Of a stretch of 64,000 nt of DNA, positions 1 to 13,502 are shown one piece after another. A program made the position numbers and the translations under genes. The stretch's first letter is position 1, and every line of letters begins with the position of its first letter. The DNA lies in the NCBI RefSeq assembly GCF_058153355.1, contig NZ_CM177019.1; one strand, 5' to 3'. The notes under the pieces are model-generated. The model did not search any database. It had not been told where the DNA came from and saw only the letters and a program-made list of their open reading frames with translations.

Positions 1-140
1 GTGTCGAACTGAAGCTGAACGCGGAAGCTGTCGAGGCACTGAACGAGCTGGCAGAATCGCGCAATATGAGCCGTAGCGAACTGATCGAAGAGATGTTAAT
101 GCAGCAACTGGCGGCGCTGCGTAGTCAGGGCATCGTTTAA
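1..140 (+). CDS. ybfE: 3' end of ybfE (CopG-like DNA-binding protein), partial; 5' end lies outside the window
   Basis: Frame starting at position 3 reads ...[45 protein letters not shown], stop at 138-140; position upstream of fldA matches K-12 synteny. Confidence 0.6.
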   Translation, partial: VELKLNAEAVEALNELAESRNMSRSELIEEMLMQQLAALRSQGIV

Positions 141-279
141 ATTTCCACTTTCATGTAGCACAGTGTGCAGTCCTGCTCGTTTGCTGATTCCGCAAGACTG
201 CCTGTTCTGCTATGATTGCCTTTATCCGTGGGCAATTTTCCACCCCCATTTCAATAAGTTTCAAGAGGTTATTTCACTC

Positions 280-810
280 ATGGCTATCACTGGCATCTTT
301 TTCGGCAGCGACACCGGTAATACCGAAAATATCGCAAAAATGATTCAAAAACAGCTTGGTAAAGACGTTGCCGATGTCCATGACATTGCAAAAAGCAGCA
401 AAGAAGATCTGGAAGCTTATGACATTCTGCTGCTGGGCATCCCAACCTGGTATTACGGCGAAGCGCAGTGTGACTGGGATGACTTCTTCCCGACTCTCGA
501 AGAGATTGATTTCAATGGCAAACTGGTTGCGCTGTTTGGTTGTGGTGACCAGGAAGATTACGCTGAATACTTCTGTGACGCATTGGGCACCATCCGCGAC
601 ATCATTGAACCGCGCGGTGCAACCATCGTTGGTCACTGGCCAACTGCGGGCTACCATTTCGAAGCATCAAAAGGTCTGGCAGATGACGACCACTTTGTCG
701 GTCTGGCTATCGACGAAGACCGTCAGCCGGAACTGACCGCTGAACGTGTAGAAAAATGGGTTAAACAGATTTCTGAAGAATTGCATCTCGACGAAATTCT
801 CAATGCCTGA
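280..810 (+). CDS. fldA: Flavodoxin 1 (176 aa)
   Basis: ORF 163..810; internal ATG at 280 preceded by AGAGG gives [20 protein letters not shown]..., the flavodoxin N-terminus and expected length. Confidence 0.95.
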
Positions 811-1015
811 TGTGATGCGGCGTAGACTCATGTCTACGCCGTATTAATAGATAATGCCAATCAAAATAATTGCTACAAATTTGTAACTTTTGCTGTTGTA
901 CCTGTACAATGTCCCGGTGTTCAAGTGGCCTTGCCGTTGTAAATGTAAGCTGTGCCACGTTTTTATTAACAATATTTGCCAGGGACTTGTGGTTTTCATT
1001 TAGGCGTGGCAATTC

Positions 1016-1034
1016 TATAATGATACGCATTATC
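1016..1034. promoter_or_regulatory. Fur box in the uof-fur promoter/leader region (autoregulation)
   Basis: TATAATGATACGCATTATC closely matches the GATAATGATAATCATTATC Fur consensus and lies immediately upstream of and overlapping the uof start. Confidence 0.55.
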
Positions 1035-1106
1035 TCAAGAGCAAATTCTGTCACTTCTCCTAATGAAGTGAACCGCTTAGTAACAGGACAGATTCCGCAT
1101 GACTGA
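1020..1106 (+). CDS. uof: uof, 28-aa upstream ORF translationally coupled to fur
   Basis: MIRIISRANSVTSPNEVNRLVTGQIPHD in ORF 870..1106; its 3' end overlaps the fur ATG at 1099. Confidence 0.75.
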   Translation: MIRIISRANSVTSPNEVNRLVTGQIPHD

Positions 1107-1545
1107 TAACAATACCGCCCTAAAGAAAGCTGGCCTGAAAGTAACGCTTCCTCGTTTAAAAATCCTGGAAGTTCTTCAGGAGCCGGACAACCATCACGTC
1201 AGTGCGGAAGATTTATACAAACGTCTGATCGATATGGGTGAAGAAATTGGTCTGGCTACGGTATATCGCGTACTGAACCAGTTTGACGATGCTGGTATCG
1301 TCACCCGCCACAATTTTGAAGGCGGTAAATCCGTATTTGAACTGACACAGCAACATCACCACGATCACCTGATCTGCCTCGACTGCGGCAAGGTTATCGA
1401 ATTTAGTGATGATTCCATCGAAGCGCGTCAGCGTGAAATTGCCGCCAAACATGGCATTCGCCTGACTAACCACAGTCTCTATCTTTACGGTCACTGTGCC
1501 GAAGGCGATTGCCGCGAAGATGAGCACGCGCACGAAGGCAAATAA
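1099..1545 (+). CDS. fur: Ferric uptake regulator Fur (148 aa)
   Basis: MTDNNTALKKAGLKVTLPRLKILEVL...; C-terminal HHHDHLICLDCGKV metal-binding region; correct length. Confidence 0.97.
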   Translation: MTDNNTALKKAGLKVTLPRLKILEVLQEPDNHHVSAEDLYKRLIDMGEEIGLATVYRVLNQFDDAGIVTRHNFEGGKSVFELTQQHHHDHLICLDCGKVIEFSDDSIEARQREIAAKHGIRLTNHSLYLYGHCAEGDCREDEHAHEGK

Positions 1546-1560
1546 GCCAGCCTGAACGAG

Positions 1561-1588
1561 AAAAGCCAACCTGCGGGTTGGCTTTTTT
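1561..1588. terminator. Bidirectional rho-independent terminator between fur (+) and chiQ (-)
   Basis: AAAAGCCAACCTGCGGGTTGGCTTTTTT: GC-rich hairpin flanked by an A-run on one side and a T-run on the other. Confidence 0.6.
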
Positions 1589-1628
1589 ATGCAAGGGAAA
1601 TAAGAAAAGCGAGAGTTACAGCTCTCAC

Positions 1629-1955
1629 TTATTTGTTATTACTGCGAATTTCCTGCCAGACTTTATCACAATCGGCTTTCACCGCCTGATCATTTCCGGT
1701 TTGCGTTGCACGCAGACACTGCTGATAATCCAGTACGCGTACACTTTCCTGCTCGGCAAACTGCTGATGTTGTTTCTCTTTCTTCAGCACGTTTAACACG
1801 CTCTGACAGGCTTCAATTTTTTCCGGCGAACCTTGCGCGGTGTTGATACAGGCGCTGTAAGCTTCTTTCAGATGGCTGTCTTCCTGTGGCGCGGTGGATT
1901 GTGCACAAGCCACCAGCCCCGATGCCATCATGGCGATGAGAATCAGTTTTTTCAT
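1629..1955 (-). CDS. chiQ: Lipoprotein ChiQ/YbfN (108 aa), chiPQ operon
   Basis: MKKLILIAMMASGLVAC... lipobox-type signal peptide; directly downstream of chiP on the same strand. Confidence 0.85.
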   Translation of the reverse strand: MKKLILIAMMASGLVACAQSTAPQEDSHLKEAYSACINTAQGSPEKIEACQSVLNVLKKEKQHQQFAEQESVRVLDYQQCLRATQTGNDQAVKADCDKVWQEIRSNNK

Positions 1956-2004
1956 TGCAAATTCCTCAAACGTGCGGCAGGCACAAAACCTGCCGCGTCG
2001 GGCA

Positions 2005-3411
2005 TCAGAAGATGGTGAATGGTGCGATTACCATAAATTTCACGTCACGCTCATCCTGGAAGATGTTGCCGTAACCACCGCCCCAGCTTGGGATGTCGGA
2101 GTGGTTGTCGTATTCGGTAAAGTGCAGTTTGAACATCGTGCCTTTGGCGCGACCGTCCTGAATGGTGTAGACCGCATCCAGGCTGTACGCAGACTCTTCA
2201 ATAGTCCGGTTCTTGTCGTAGTATGCATCCGGATTGCTCTGCCAGGTAGCGGGTTTAGCATCCCATGCGTAAACGTAGGAAGCGCCGATGGCGAAGCCTG
2301 GAAGATTCCAGTTTTTCAGGTCATACATCGCACCGAAGAAGACCGCTTTTTCGCCGTTGGCGTTGAAGTCAGAACGGTTATCCCACCAGATATCCAGGCG
2401 ACCGTTCGAGGAAGCATAGGTTGGAGTCATACGTTGCAGGAAGTATCCCTGCTGACCGTCGGCTTTAACCCAGGTGCCTTCCAGACGCAAATCCACTACG
2501 TCAGCCGCCCGGTAACCAAAGGTCAACGCTTGCAGCCAGGCAGTGCCGTCGTAAAGGTCGTTGACGCTGCGATCGTCAACTTTATCGCGCGTACCGTAGA
2601 ACTGGTAGCTGGTGGTTAACGGGCTACCGGCGATATCAAATTTATAGCTGGCTTTGGCAAAATACTGATCAATATACCCTTCCGCCTGACCAAACGCCGC
2701 TTCCAGTACGAAGTTATTTTTGAAGTCGTACTTCGCCCCAAGGGAGTGTAGATAATCAACTTTGGTGGTTTTATCGTTCTGATAAAACTCATCCATTTCC
2801 AGATGCCACGGCGCTTTATATTCGTTGGTCCACATGTAGGAGAAACTCAACGCACCAGCATCGCCGTAATCAAAATTCGCCCCCGCTTCCGCCCCCTGAT
2901 AAGTACCCGGCATAAAGCTCCAGTGCGGCGCTAACAGCGTCTGACCGGTTGGCTGAATATAACCTGCCCGCGCCCACACCGGACCGTATTTAAATTTGGC
3001 CGCTGCTTTATACAGGCTTATACCGCTTTTATCGCCGGACCAGTCTTCGTCATAGGCTTTATTGCTTTTTGAAAACGCGATTTCGTTCGGGTGAGAACTG
3101 TCGCCGTTTTCCGCCATTTCAATCGCCGTAAACGCCGCAATATCAAGGCCGAACATATCAGCAGCATAACCAGACTGAAAATCGAGGTTGGCGTTCCAGG
3201 TGGAATGAGAAAGGTTGGTTTTGTATTTGTCGCCGTCGGTAACGTCTTTACGGTCGCGTTCACGCTGCCAGTAATAGATACCGCCGGTTAAGGTTGAATC
3301 GTCGATGAATCCTTCGGCGCGAGCCTCCGGCATTGCCATAAAGCCCGACATTGCTGTAACACCGGCGATAGCCAGCGCCAGCGTACTACGTTTGCCACTA
3401 AACGTACGCAT
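2005..3411 (-). CDS. chiP: Chitoporin ChiP/YbfM (468 aa), OprD-family outer-membrane porin
   Basis: 468-aa ORF with signal peptide (...AMPEARAEG) and C-terminal beta-barrel signature ending ...IAPFTIF. Confidence 0.93.
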   Translation of the reverse strand: MRTFSGKRSTLALAIAGVTAMSGFMAMPEARAEGFIDDSTLTGGIYYWQRERDRKDVTDGDKYKTNLSHSTWNANLDFQSGYAADMFGLDIAAFTAIEMAENGDSSHPNEIAFSKSNKAYDEDWSGDKSGISLYKAAAKFKYGPVWARAGYIQPTGQTLLAPHWSFMPGTYQGAEAGANFDYGDAGALSFSYMWTNEYKAPWHLEMDEFYQNDKTTKVDYLHSLGAKYDFKNNFVLEAAFGQAEGYIDQYFAKASYKFDIAGSPLTTSYQFYGTRDKVDDRSVNDLYDGTAWLQALTFGYRAADVVDLRLEGTWVKADGQQGYFLQRMTPTYASSNGRLDIWWDNRSDFNANGEKAVFFGAMYDLKNWNLPGFAIGASYVYAWDAKPATWQSNPDAYYDKNRTIEESAYSLDAVYTIQDGRAKGTMFKLHFTEYDNHSDIPSWGGGYGNIFQDERDVKFMVIAPFTIF

Positions 3412-3417
3412 GGGTTA

Positions 3418-3430
3418 ATCCTCTTTGACG
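3418..3430 (-). promoter_or_regulatory. ChiX sRNA pairing site overlapping the chiP Shine-Dalgarno
   Basis: chiP mRNA reads GUCAAAGAGGAUUAACCCAUG here; GUCAAAGAGGA is complementary to the ChiX seed UCCUCUUUGAC as I recall it. Confidence 0.55.
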
Positions 3431-3764
3431 TATAAATTGCTGCACCAAAGGTGAACAGCGAAAAAAATAAAAATTAAAAAAGTAGCGTTGAGAAAAGTCT
3501 CGCTGACTACAGGAACAGACTATTTTTCGCGACGCGAATTATCAATCTCTTTCTGTAACCAGAATGTAAGAACATGAGCAACCGCACATATTTTGATGAT
3601 TTTTGTTACAAGGCTTAAGTTTGCAGTTGAAAGGCTTGCAGAAGAATAAAAGCGTGAATTTCCAGCAAGATGAAAACGGTTACATTTTATTTAATTATGG
3701 TTTGTGATTTTAAATTTGTTTTATGGATAAATTGCGAAGCGGAATTAATTCGCGAAGAAAAGCA

Positions 3765-3790
3765 GAAAAAAACGCCGCGGAGCGCGGCGT
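3765..3790 (-). terminator. Rho-independent terminator downstream of glnS
   Basis: Minus strand forms CGCCGCGCUCCGCGGCG hairpin followed by a U-run (plus-strand A-run at 3765-3772). Confidence 0.55.
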
Positions 3791-3812
3791 TTGGGTTTGT
3801 TTGCTATTTCTT

Positions 3813-3848
3813 GCCGGATGCGACGTAAACGCCTCACCCGGCCTGGTA
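3813..3848. repeat. REP (repetitive extragenic palindrome) element
   Basis: GCCGGATGCGACGTAAACGCCTCACCCGGCC resembles the REP consensus. Confidence 0.5.
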
Positions 3849-3858
3849 GAACTTAAAA

Positions 3859-5523
3859 TTACTCGCCTACTTTCGCCCAGGTATCACGCAGCCCAACGGT
3901 GCGGTTAAATACCGGTTTTTCCGCCGTAGAATGGCGGCTGTCGAGGCAGAAATAACCTTCACGCTCAAACTGGAATGCTTTGCCCGCTACCGCGTCTTTC
4001 AGCGACGGTTCAGCAAAGCCCTGTTTGATCACCAGCGATTCCGGGTTAATCACCGACAGGAAATCATCCGCAGCACCTGGGTTCGGCACGCTGAACAGAC
4101 GATCATACAGACGAATTTCTACCGGCAACGCATGTGCCGCGCTCACCCAGTGAATAACACCTTTTACTTTACGACCATCTGCCGGATCTTTGCTTAAGGT
4201 GTCAGCATCATAAGTACAGAAGATAGTGGTGATATTGCCTTCGGCATCTTTCTCCACGCGCTCTGCCTTAATAACGTAAGCATTACGCAGACGCACTTCT
4301 TTACCCAGCACCAGACGCTTGTACTGCTTGTTAGCTTCTTCGCGGAAATCAGCGCGATCGATCCAAATCTCACCGCTGAATGGCACCTGACGGCTGCCCA
4401 TTTCCGGTTTGTTCGGATGGTTCGGCATGGTGACCATTTCGCCTTCGCCCTGATAGTTTTCGATAACCAGTTTCACCGGATCGATAACCGCCATTGCGCG
4501 CGGGGCGTTTTCGTTGAGATCTTCACGAATGCAGGATTCCAGCGACGCCATCTCAATGGTGTTGTCCTGCTTGGTCACGCCAATGCGTTTGCAGAACTCA
4601 CGAATAGAAGCCGCCGTGTAACCACGACGACGCAGACCGGAAATAGTCGGCATACGCGGATCATCCCAGCCTTCAACGTGCTTGTCGGTCACCAGCAGGT
4701 TCAGCTTACGCTTGGACATCACGGTGTATTCCAGATTCAGGCGCGAGAATTCGTACTGGCGCGGGTGAACAGGAATGGTGATGTTGTCCAGTACCCAGTC
4801 GTACAGACGACGGTTGTCCTGGAACTCAAGCGTACACAGAGAGTGCGTAATACCTTCCAGCGCATCGCTGATGCAGTGTGTGAAGTCGTACATCGGGTAG
4901 ATGCACCACTTGTTGCCAGTCTGGTGGTGTTCAGCAAATTTAATGCGGTACAGCACCGGATCGCGCATTACGATAAATGGCGACGCCATGTCGATTTTCG
5001 CACGCAGGCAGGCTTTACCTTCTTCAAAACCGCCGGTACGCATTTTTTCGAACAGCGCCAGGTTCTCTTCAACGCTACGGTCGCGGTACGGGCTGTTTTT
5101 ACCCGGCTGAGTCAGGGTGCCGCGGTATTCGCGGATCTGTTCCGGTGTCAGTTCATCAACGTACGCCAGGCCTTTATTGATCAGTTCGATCGCATAGGCG
5201 TGGAGCTGATCAAAATAATCGGAGGAGTAACGGACGTTACCAGACCAGTGAAAACCTAACCACTCAACGTCGTTTTTGATCGACTCAACATACTCGATAT
5301 CTTCTTTTACCGGGTTAGTGTCGTCGAAACGCAGGTTGCACTGGCCTTTATAGTCCTGGGCGATCCCGAAGTTCAGGCAGATAGATTTCGCATGCCCAAT
5401 ATGCAGATAGCCATTCGGCTCCGGCGGGAAACGGGTGTGTACTGTGGTGTGCTTACCACTGGCCAGATCTTCATCGATGATCTGACGAATAAAGTTAGTC
5501 GGGCGGGCTTCTGCCTCACTCAT
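3859..5523 (-). CDS. glnS: Glutaminyl-tRNA synthetase (554 aa)
   Basis: [24 protein letters not shown]...; class I HIGH motif ([14 protein letters not shown]) and VMSKR (KMSKS-type) motif. Confidence 0.97.
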   Translation of the reverse strand: MSEAEARPTNFIRQIIDEDLASGKHTTVHTRFPPEPNGYLHIGHAKSICLNFGIAQDYKGQCNLRFDDTNPVKEDIEYVESIKNDVEWLGFHWSGNVRYSSDYFDQLHAYAIELINKGLAYVDELTPEQIREYRGTLTQPGKNSPYRDRSVEENLALFEKMRTGGFEEGKACLRAKIDMASPFIVMRDPVLYRIKFAEHHQTGNKWCIYPMYDFTHCISDALEGITHSLCTLEFQDNRRLYDWVLDNITIPVHPRQYEFSRLNLEYTVMSKRKLNLLVTDKHVEGWDDPRMPTISGLRRRGYTAASIREFCKRIGVTKQDNTIEMASLESCIREDLNENAPRAMAVIDPVKLVIENYQGEGEMVTMPNHPNKPEMGSRQVPFSGEIWIDRADFREEANKQYKRLVLGKEVRLRNAYVIKAERVEKDAEGNITTIFCTYDADTLSKDPADGRKVKGVIHWVSAAHALPVEIRLYDRLFSVPNPGAADDFLSVINPESLVIKQGFAEPSLKDAVAGKAFQFEREGYFCLDSRHSTAEKPVFNRTVGLRDTWAKVGE

Positions 5524-5689
5524 CGCGGATTCCTCAAAGCGTAAACAACGTATAACGGCGTATGATCTTATAAGCGGGACAGGCTGACAACTGTTAGTTA
5601 GTGAAAATCGAAAATCTCACTGAGATTATGGGGATGATTGATGAAAAAAAAAGCGGCAGAGAAGATCTCCACCGCTTCTGCCAGTCCTG

Positions 5690-5785
5690 CGTCATTGTTG
5701 GATGCGACGCTTAAGCGTCTTATCCAACCTGGACTGAGCTTTTGTAGGCCTGATAAGACGCGTCATGCGTCGCATCAGGCATGAA
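5690..5785. repeat. Pair of REP elements (BIME) in the glnS-nagE intergenic region
   Basis: GGATGCGACGCTTAAGCGTCTTATCCAACC and GTAGGCCTGATAAGACGCGTCATGCGTCGCATCAGGC palindromes. Confidence 0.55.
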
Positions 5786-5790
5786 GCAGA

Positions 5791-7737
5791 TTACTTTTTG
5801 ATTTCATACAGCGGCGTTTGACCCGCCACAACATGACCCTGAGCTTTAATGATAAGGCCGCTGAAATCGTCGATATTGCTGCAAACCACCGGGCTAATCA
5901 TCGAACGGGCGTTAGCGTTCAGGTAATCCAGATCCATTTCCAGAATCGGTTGCCCTGCGCTTACTTGCGCCCCCTCTTCCACCAGACGTTTAAAGCCTTT
6001 GCCTTCCAGCGCTACGGTGTCGATACCCATATGGACGACAATCTCAGCGCCTTTTTCGGTTTCCAGGCAGAACGCGTGATTGGTGTTGAAGATTTTCACG
6101 ATTGTCCCTGCGGCTGGCGATACGACGATTTTATCCGTCGGTTTCACCGCCACACCGTCACCCACCGCTTTGCTGGCAAATGCTTCGTCAGGAACCTGAT
6201 CCAGCGCCACAACATCACCGGTAATCGGCGATACCAGCTCCGCGACAGACACCGCGTTTGGTACAGCCTGCGGTTTTGCTACAGGCGCGGCAGTTACAGG
6301 CGCAGTTTCAGCTGACGCAGCGGCTACCGGACCACGGGCAACAACTTTCTTCATTGCATCGCCAATGGATTCCGCTTTCGCGCCAACAATCACCTGAATA
6401 GTCTGTTTGTTCAGTTTCACTACCCCAGAAGCACCCAGACGTTTACACATCGTATCGTTAACGCGGGCAGAGTCAGCCACGGTCAGACGCAGACGGGTGA
6501 TACAGGCGTCAATCGCTTTCAGGTTGTCAGTACCGCCAACCGCAGCAATATAGTTGGTCGCCAGTTGAGTCAGGCCTTCCTCGGTATTGCTGTTGGCTTC
6601 TTCAGTAACGATCTCGTCTTCTTTATCTTCGCGACCCGGCGTTTTCAGATTGAACATGCGGATAACCACACTGAACACCACGAAGTAGATAGCGAAGAAC
6701 ACAACCCCCATCACCAGCAGCATCCAGACGTTCTGGCTGGCGGCCGGCAGGTTATACATCAACGCGTAGTCGATAGCCCCCGCAGAGAAGGAGAAGCCAG
6801 CATGGATACCCAGCAGCGTTGCCACAAACAGGCTGATACCCGTCAGCAGTGCGTGCAGGAGGTACAGCAGCGGTGCAAGGAACATGAACAGGAATTCCAG
6901 CGGCTCAGTCACACCGGTCAGGAACGCAGTAACAGCAACAGAAAGCAGCATACCGCCAACCATCGGACGACGCTCTTTCGGTGCTGCGAAGTACATCGCC
7001 AGCGCCGCGCCCGGCAGACCGAACATCATAATCGGGAAGAAGCCGGACATGAACATCCCCGCGGTGCCGTCACCGGCATAGAAGCGGTTAATGTCGCCGT
7101 GGAAAACCGTACCCGCCGCGTTGGTGAATTCACCAATCTGGAACCAGGCGATGGTGTTCAGCACCTGATGCAGACCGGTTGGGATCAGCAGACGGTTGAT
7201 GAAACCAAAGATACCGGAACCCAGCGCGCCCGCAGAAACGATCCATTCGCCGCCTGCATGGATAGCGTGCTGTACCGGTGGCCAGACGTAACCAAAAATG
7301 GCCGCCAGCACCAGGCAGAAGAAGCCGGTGGCGATCGGCACAAAACGTTTGCCGCCGAAGAAGCTCAGGAAGTCCGGCAGTTTAATATCGGACCAACGGT
7401 TATAGGCAGCACCACCGACCAGACCGGTAATGATACCCGCCAGTACACCCATGTTAATTTCTGGGTTGATGGTCACCATCGCTTTGGTTAACACAAAGTA
7501 ACCGACCGCACCCGCCAGCGCCGCCGCACCTGCGCTGTCTTTCGACCAGCTGGATGCCACACCGATGGCGAAGATTAATGCGAGGTTATCAAAAATCGCA
7601 CCGCCCGCCTGGGCAATAAACGCAACGTTAAGTAAATCTGGCTGACCGAATCGCAGCAACAGTGCCGCCACCGGCAGCACCGCGATAGGGAGCTGTAACG
7701 CCCTACCGAGTCGCTGGAAAAAACCTAAAATATTCAT
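5791..7737 (-). CDS. nagE: PTS N-acetylglucosamine-specific EIICBA component (648 aa)
   Basis: N-terminal polytopic EIIC domain, central EIIB (...NLKAIDACITRLRLTV...) and C-terminal EIIA domain; divergent from nagB. Confidence 0.95.
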   Translation of the reverse strand: MNILGFFQRLGRALQLPIAVLPVAALLLRFGQPDLLNVAFIAQAGGAIFDNLALIFAIGVASSWSKDSAGAAALAGAVGYFVLTKAMVTINPEINMGVLAGIITGLVGGAAYNRWSDIKLPDFLSFFGGKRFVPIATGFFCLVLAAIFGYVWPPVQHAIHAGGEWIVSAGALGSGIFGFINRLLIPTGLHQVLNTIAWFQIGEFTNAAGTVFHGDINRFYAGDGTAGMFMSGFFPIMMFGLPGAALAMYFAAPKERRPMVGGMLLSVAVTAFLTGVTEPLEFLFMFLAPLLYLLHALLTGISLFVATLLGIHAGFSFSAGAIDYALMYNLPAASQNVWMLLVMGVVFFAIYFVVFSVVIRMFNLKTPGREDKEDEIVTEEANSNTEEGLTQLATNYIAAVGGTDNLKAIDACITRLRLTVADSARVNDTMCKRLGASGVVKLNKQTIQVIVGAKAESIGDAMKKVVARGPVAAASAETAPVTAAPVAKPQAVPNAVSVAELVSPITGDVVALDQVPDEAFASKAVGDGVAVKPTDKIVVSPAAGTIVKIFNTNHAFCLETEKGAEIVVHMGIDTVALEGKGFKRLVEEGAQVSAGQPILEMDLDYLNANARSMISPVVCSNIDDFSGLIIKAQGHVVAGQTPLYEIKK

Positions 7738-7856
7738 CTTATTCCCCCTACGAGAACCCTATTTGGCTCGTTTAAAGCCGTATTTTTATTTTGCTGCAAA
7801 TTGTACTGCCGATGTTCTGTAATCAGATTGTTAGATCATCTGCTACAGAGTGTGTG

Positions 7857-7885
7857 AAAATTTAATTCGTATCGCAAATTAAACG
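7857..7885. promoter_or_regulatory. Putative NagC operator, nagE-proximal
   Basis: AT-rich dyad AAATTTAATTCGTATCGCAAATTAAACG in the nagE-nagB divergent control region; about 94 bp from the second candidate, consistent with the known two-operator loop. Confidence 0.45.
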
Positions 7886-7894
7886 CGTGTCTTT

Positions 7895-7910
7895 TGTGAG
7901 TTTTGTCACC
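7895..7910. promoter_or_regulatory. CRP binding site between the nagE and nagB promoters
   Basis: TGTGAGTTTTGTCACC matches TGTGA-N6-TCACA. Confidence 0.6.
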
Positions 7911-7953
7911 AAATATCGTTATCATCACTCCCTTTTACTGGCTAAACCAGAAA

Positions 7954-7979
7954 ACTTATTTTATCATTCAAAAAATCAG
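7954..7979. promoter_or_regulatory. Putative NagC operator, nagB-proximal
   Basis: CTTATTTTATCATTCAAAAAATCAGG, AT-rich dyad at the expected spacing from the nagE-proximal site. Confidence 0.4.
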
Positions 7980-8069
7980 GTCGGATTGACGCCTGTCTGC
8001 GCAAATCCAGGTTACGCTTAAAGATGCCTAATCCGCCAACGGCTTACATTTTACTTACTGAGGTGAATA

Positions 8070-10078
<2,009 letters not shown>

Positions 10079-10086
10079 GAGAAAGT

Positions 10087-11307
10087 ATGACACCAGGCGG
10101 ACAAGCTCAGATAGGTAATGTTGATCTCGTAAAACAGCTTAACAGCGCGGCGGTTTATCGCCTGATTGACCAGTATGGGCCAATCTCGCGGATTCAGATT
10201 GCCGAGCAAAGCCAGCTTGCCCCCGCCAGCGTAACAAAAATTACGCGTCAGCTTATCGAACGCGGGCTGATTAAAGAAGTTGATCAGCAGGCCTCCACCG
10301 GGGGCCGCCGCGCTATCTCTATCGTCACCGAAACCCGCAATTTCCACGCAATCGGCGTACGGCTTGGTCGTCACGACGCCACCATCACCCTGTTTGATCT
10401 CAGCAGCAAAGTGCTGGCAGAAGAACATTACCCGCTGCCAGAACGTACCCAGCAGACGCTGGAACATGCCCTGCTGAATGCCATTGCTCAGTTTATTGAT
10501 AGCTACCAGCGCAAACTGCGCGAGCTGATCGCCATTTCCGTGATCCTGCCAGGGCTTGTTGACCCGGACAGCGGCAAAATTCATTACATGCCGCATATTC
10601 AGGTGGAAAACTGGGGACTGGTAGAAGCACTGGAAGAGCGTTTTAAAGTGACCTGTTTCGTCGGTCACGATATCCGTAGTCTGGCACTGGCAGAGCACTA
10701 CTTCGGTGCAAGTCAGGATTGCGAAGATTCCATTCTGGTGCGTGTCCATCGCGGGACCGGGGCCGGGATTATCTCTAATGGGCGCATTTTTATCGGCCGC
10801 AACGGCAACGTCGGTGAAATTGGCCATATTCAGGTCGAACCGCTGGGTGAACGCTGCCACTGCGGCAACTTTGGCTGCCTGGAAACTATCGCCGCCAACG
10901 CTGCCATTGAACAACGGGTGTTGAATCTGTTAAAGCAGGGCTACCAGAGCCGTGTGCCACTGGACGACTGCACCATCAAAACTATCTGCAAAGCCGCGAA
11001 CAAAGGCGATAGCCTGGCGTCGGAAGTGATTGAGTATGTCGGTCGTCATCTGGGCAAAACCATCGCCATTGCTATCAACTTATTTAATCCGCAAAAAATT
11101 GTTATTGCCGGTGAAATCACCGAAGCCGATAAAGTGCTGCTCCCTGCTATTGAAAGCTGCATTAATACCCAGGCGCTGAAGGCGTTTCGTACTAATCTGC
11201 CGGTGGTACGTTCTGAGCTGGATCACCGCTCGGCAATCGGCGCTTTTGCGCTGGTAAAACGCGCCATGCTCAACGGTATTTTGCTCCAGCATTTGCTGGA
11301 AAATTAA
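10087..11307 (+). CDS. nagC: NagC, ROK-family transcriptional repressor (406 aa)
   Basis: N-terminal HTH followed by ROK sugar-kinase-like domain with CHCGNFGCLE zinc motif. Confidence 0.95.
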   Translation: MTPGGQAQIGNVDLVKQLNSAAVYRLIDQYGPISRIQIAEQSQLAPASVTKITRQLIERGLIKEVDQQASTGGRRAISIVTETRNFHAIGVRLGRHDATITLFDLSSKVLAEEHYPLPERTQQTLEHALLNAIAQFIDSYQRKLRELIAISVILPGLVDPDSGKIHYMPHIQVENWGLVEALEERFKVTCFVGHDIRSLALAEHYFGASQDCEDSILVRVHRGTGAGIISNGRIFIGRNGNVGEIGHIQVEPLGERCHCGNFGCLETIAANAAIEQRVLNLLKQGYQSRVPLDDCTIKTICKAANKGDSLASEVIEYVGRHLGKTIAIAINLFNPQKIVIAGEITEADKVLLPAIESCINTQALKAFRTNLPVVRSELDHRSAIGAFALVKRAMLNGILLQHLLEN

Positions 11308-11354
11308 TGTGCTTTTATAGTGGCGCTTATTGTTGTCAATATTCTGGGTAGTCC

Positions 11355-12107
11355 ATGACCATTAAAAATGTAATTTGCGATATCGACGGCGTGCTGATGC
11401 ACGATAACGTCGCCGTACCGGGTGCAGCGGAATTTTTGCACGGGATTATGGATAAAGGCCTGCCGCTGGTGTTGCTGACCAACTATCCTTCGCAGACCGG
11501 GCAAGATCTGGCGAACCGCTTTGCCACTGCGGGTGTCGATGTGCCGGACAGCGTGTTTTATACCTCCGCGATGGCGACCGCCGATTTCCTGCGTCGCCAG
11601 GAAGGTAAGAAAGCGTATGTGGTGGGCGAAGGCGCACTGATTCATGAACTGTACAAAGCCGGTTTCACTATTACCGATGTGAACCCTGATTTTGTGATTG
11701 TTGGCGAAACGCGTTCCTACAACTGGGACATGATGCATAAAGCAGCCTATTTCGTCGCTAACGGTGCACGCTTTATCGCCACCAACCCGGACACCCACGG
11801 GCGCGGTTTTTATCCGGCCTGTGGCGCGCTATGCGCGGGGATCGAAAAAATCTCCGGACGTAAACCGTTCTATGTTGGTAAGCCGAGTCCGTGGATCATC
11901 CGCGCAGCATTAAACAAAATGCAGGCGCATTCGGAAGAAACGGTGATTGTCGGCGATAACTTGCGCACCGACATTCTGGCGGGCTTCCAGGCCGGTCTGG
12001 AGACGATTCTGGTGCTTTCTGGTGTTTCATCGCTCGACGATATCGACAGTATGCCGTTCCGCCCAAGCTGGATTTACCCGTCAGTCGCTGAAATCGACGT
12101 TATCTGA
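11355..12107 (+). CDS. nagD: UMP phosphatase NagD/UmpH (250 aa), HAD superfamily
   Basis: MTIKNVICDIDGVLMHDN... HAD motif I (DIDGV); correct length. Confidence 0.93.
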   Translation: MTIKNVICDIDGVLMHDNVAVPGAAEFLHGIMDKGLPLVLLTNYPSQTGQDLANRFATAGVDVPDSVFYTSAMATADFLRRQEGKKAYVVGEGALIHELYKAGFTITDVNPDFVIVGETRSYNWDMMHKAAYFVANGARFIATNPDTHGRGFYPACGALCAGIEKISGRKPFYVGKPSPWIIRAALNKMQAHSEETVIVGDNLRTDILAGFQAGLETILVLSGVSSLDDIDSMPFRPSWIYPSVAEIDVI

Positions 12108-12159
12108 ATACCACCCACGTCTGCGGACGTGGTTGGCTCTGATGACAAACGCCAAACTG

Positions 12160-13407
<1,248 letters not shown>

Positions 13408-13502
13408 CATGCCTGCAATCTGGGAAACCGGGGTAGAAAAAAACTTGCAGGCCATAACAGTATCTACGCAGCTCCTGCAATATATTGAATTTTCATGCTT
13501 TT

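Noticed and set aside
163-279. N-terminal extension of fldA in the ORF track (start at 163)
   Set aside because: The extension is Cys/Leu-rich with no RBS; the internal ATG at 280 has a Shine-Dalgarno and yields the canonical 176-aa flavodoxin.
4417-5259. 280-aa ORF on the plus strand inside glnS
   Set aside because: Antisense shadow ORF fully contained in a well-supported essential gene; no RBS; Arg/Val-rich low-complexity translation.
6565-7491. 308-aa ORF antisense to nagE
   Set aside because: Shadow ORF within nagE; compositionally biased translation (His/Arg/Gln-rich) typical of the antisense frame of a membrane-protein gene.
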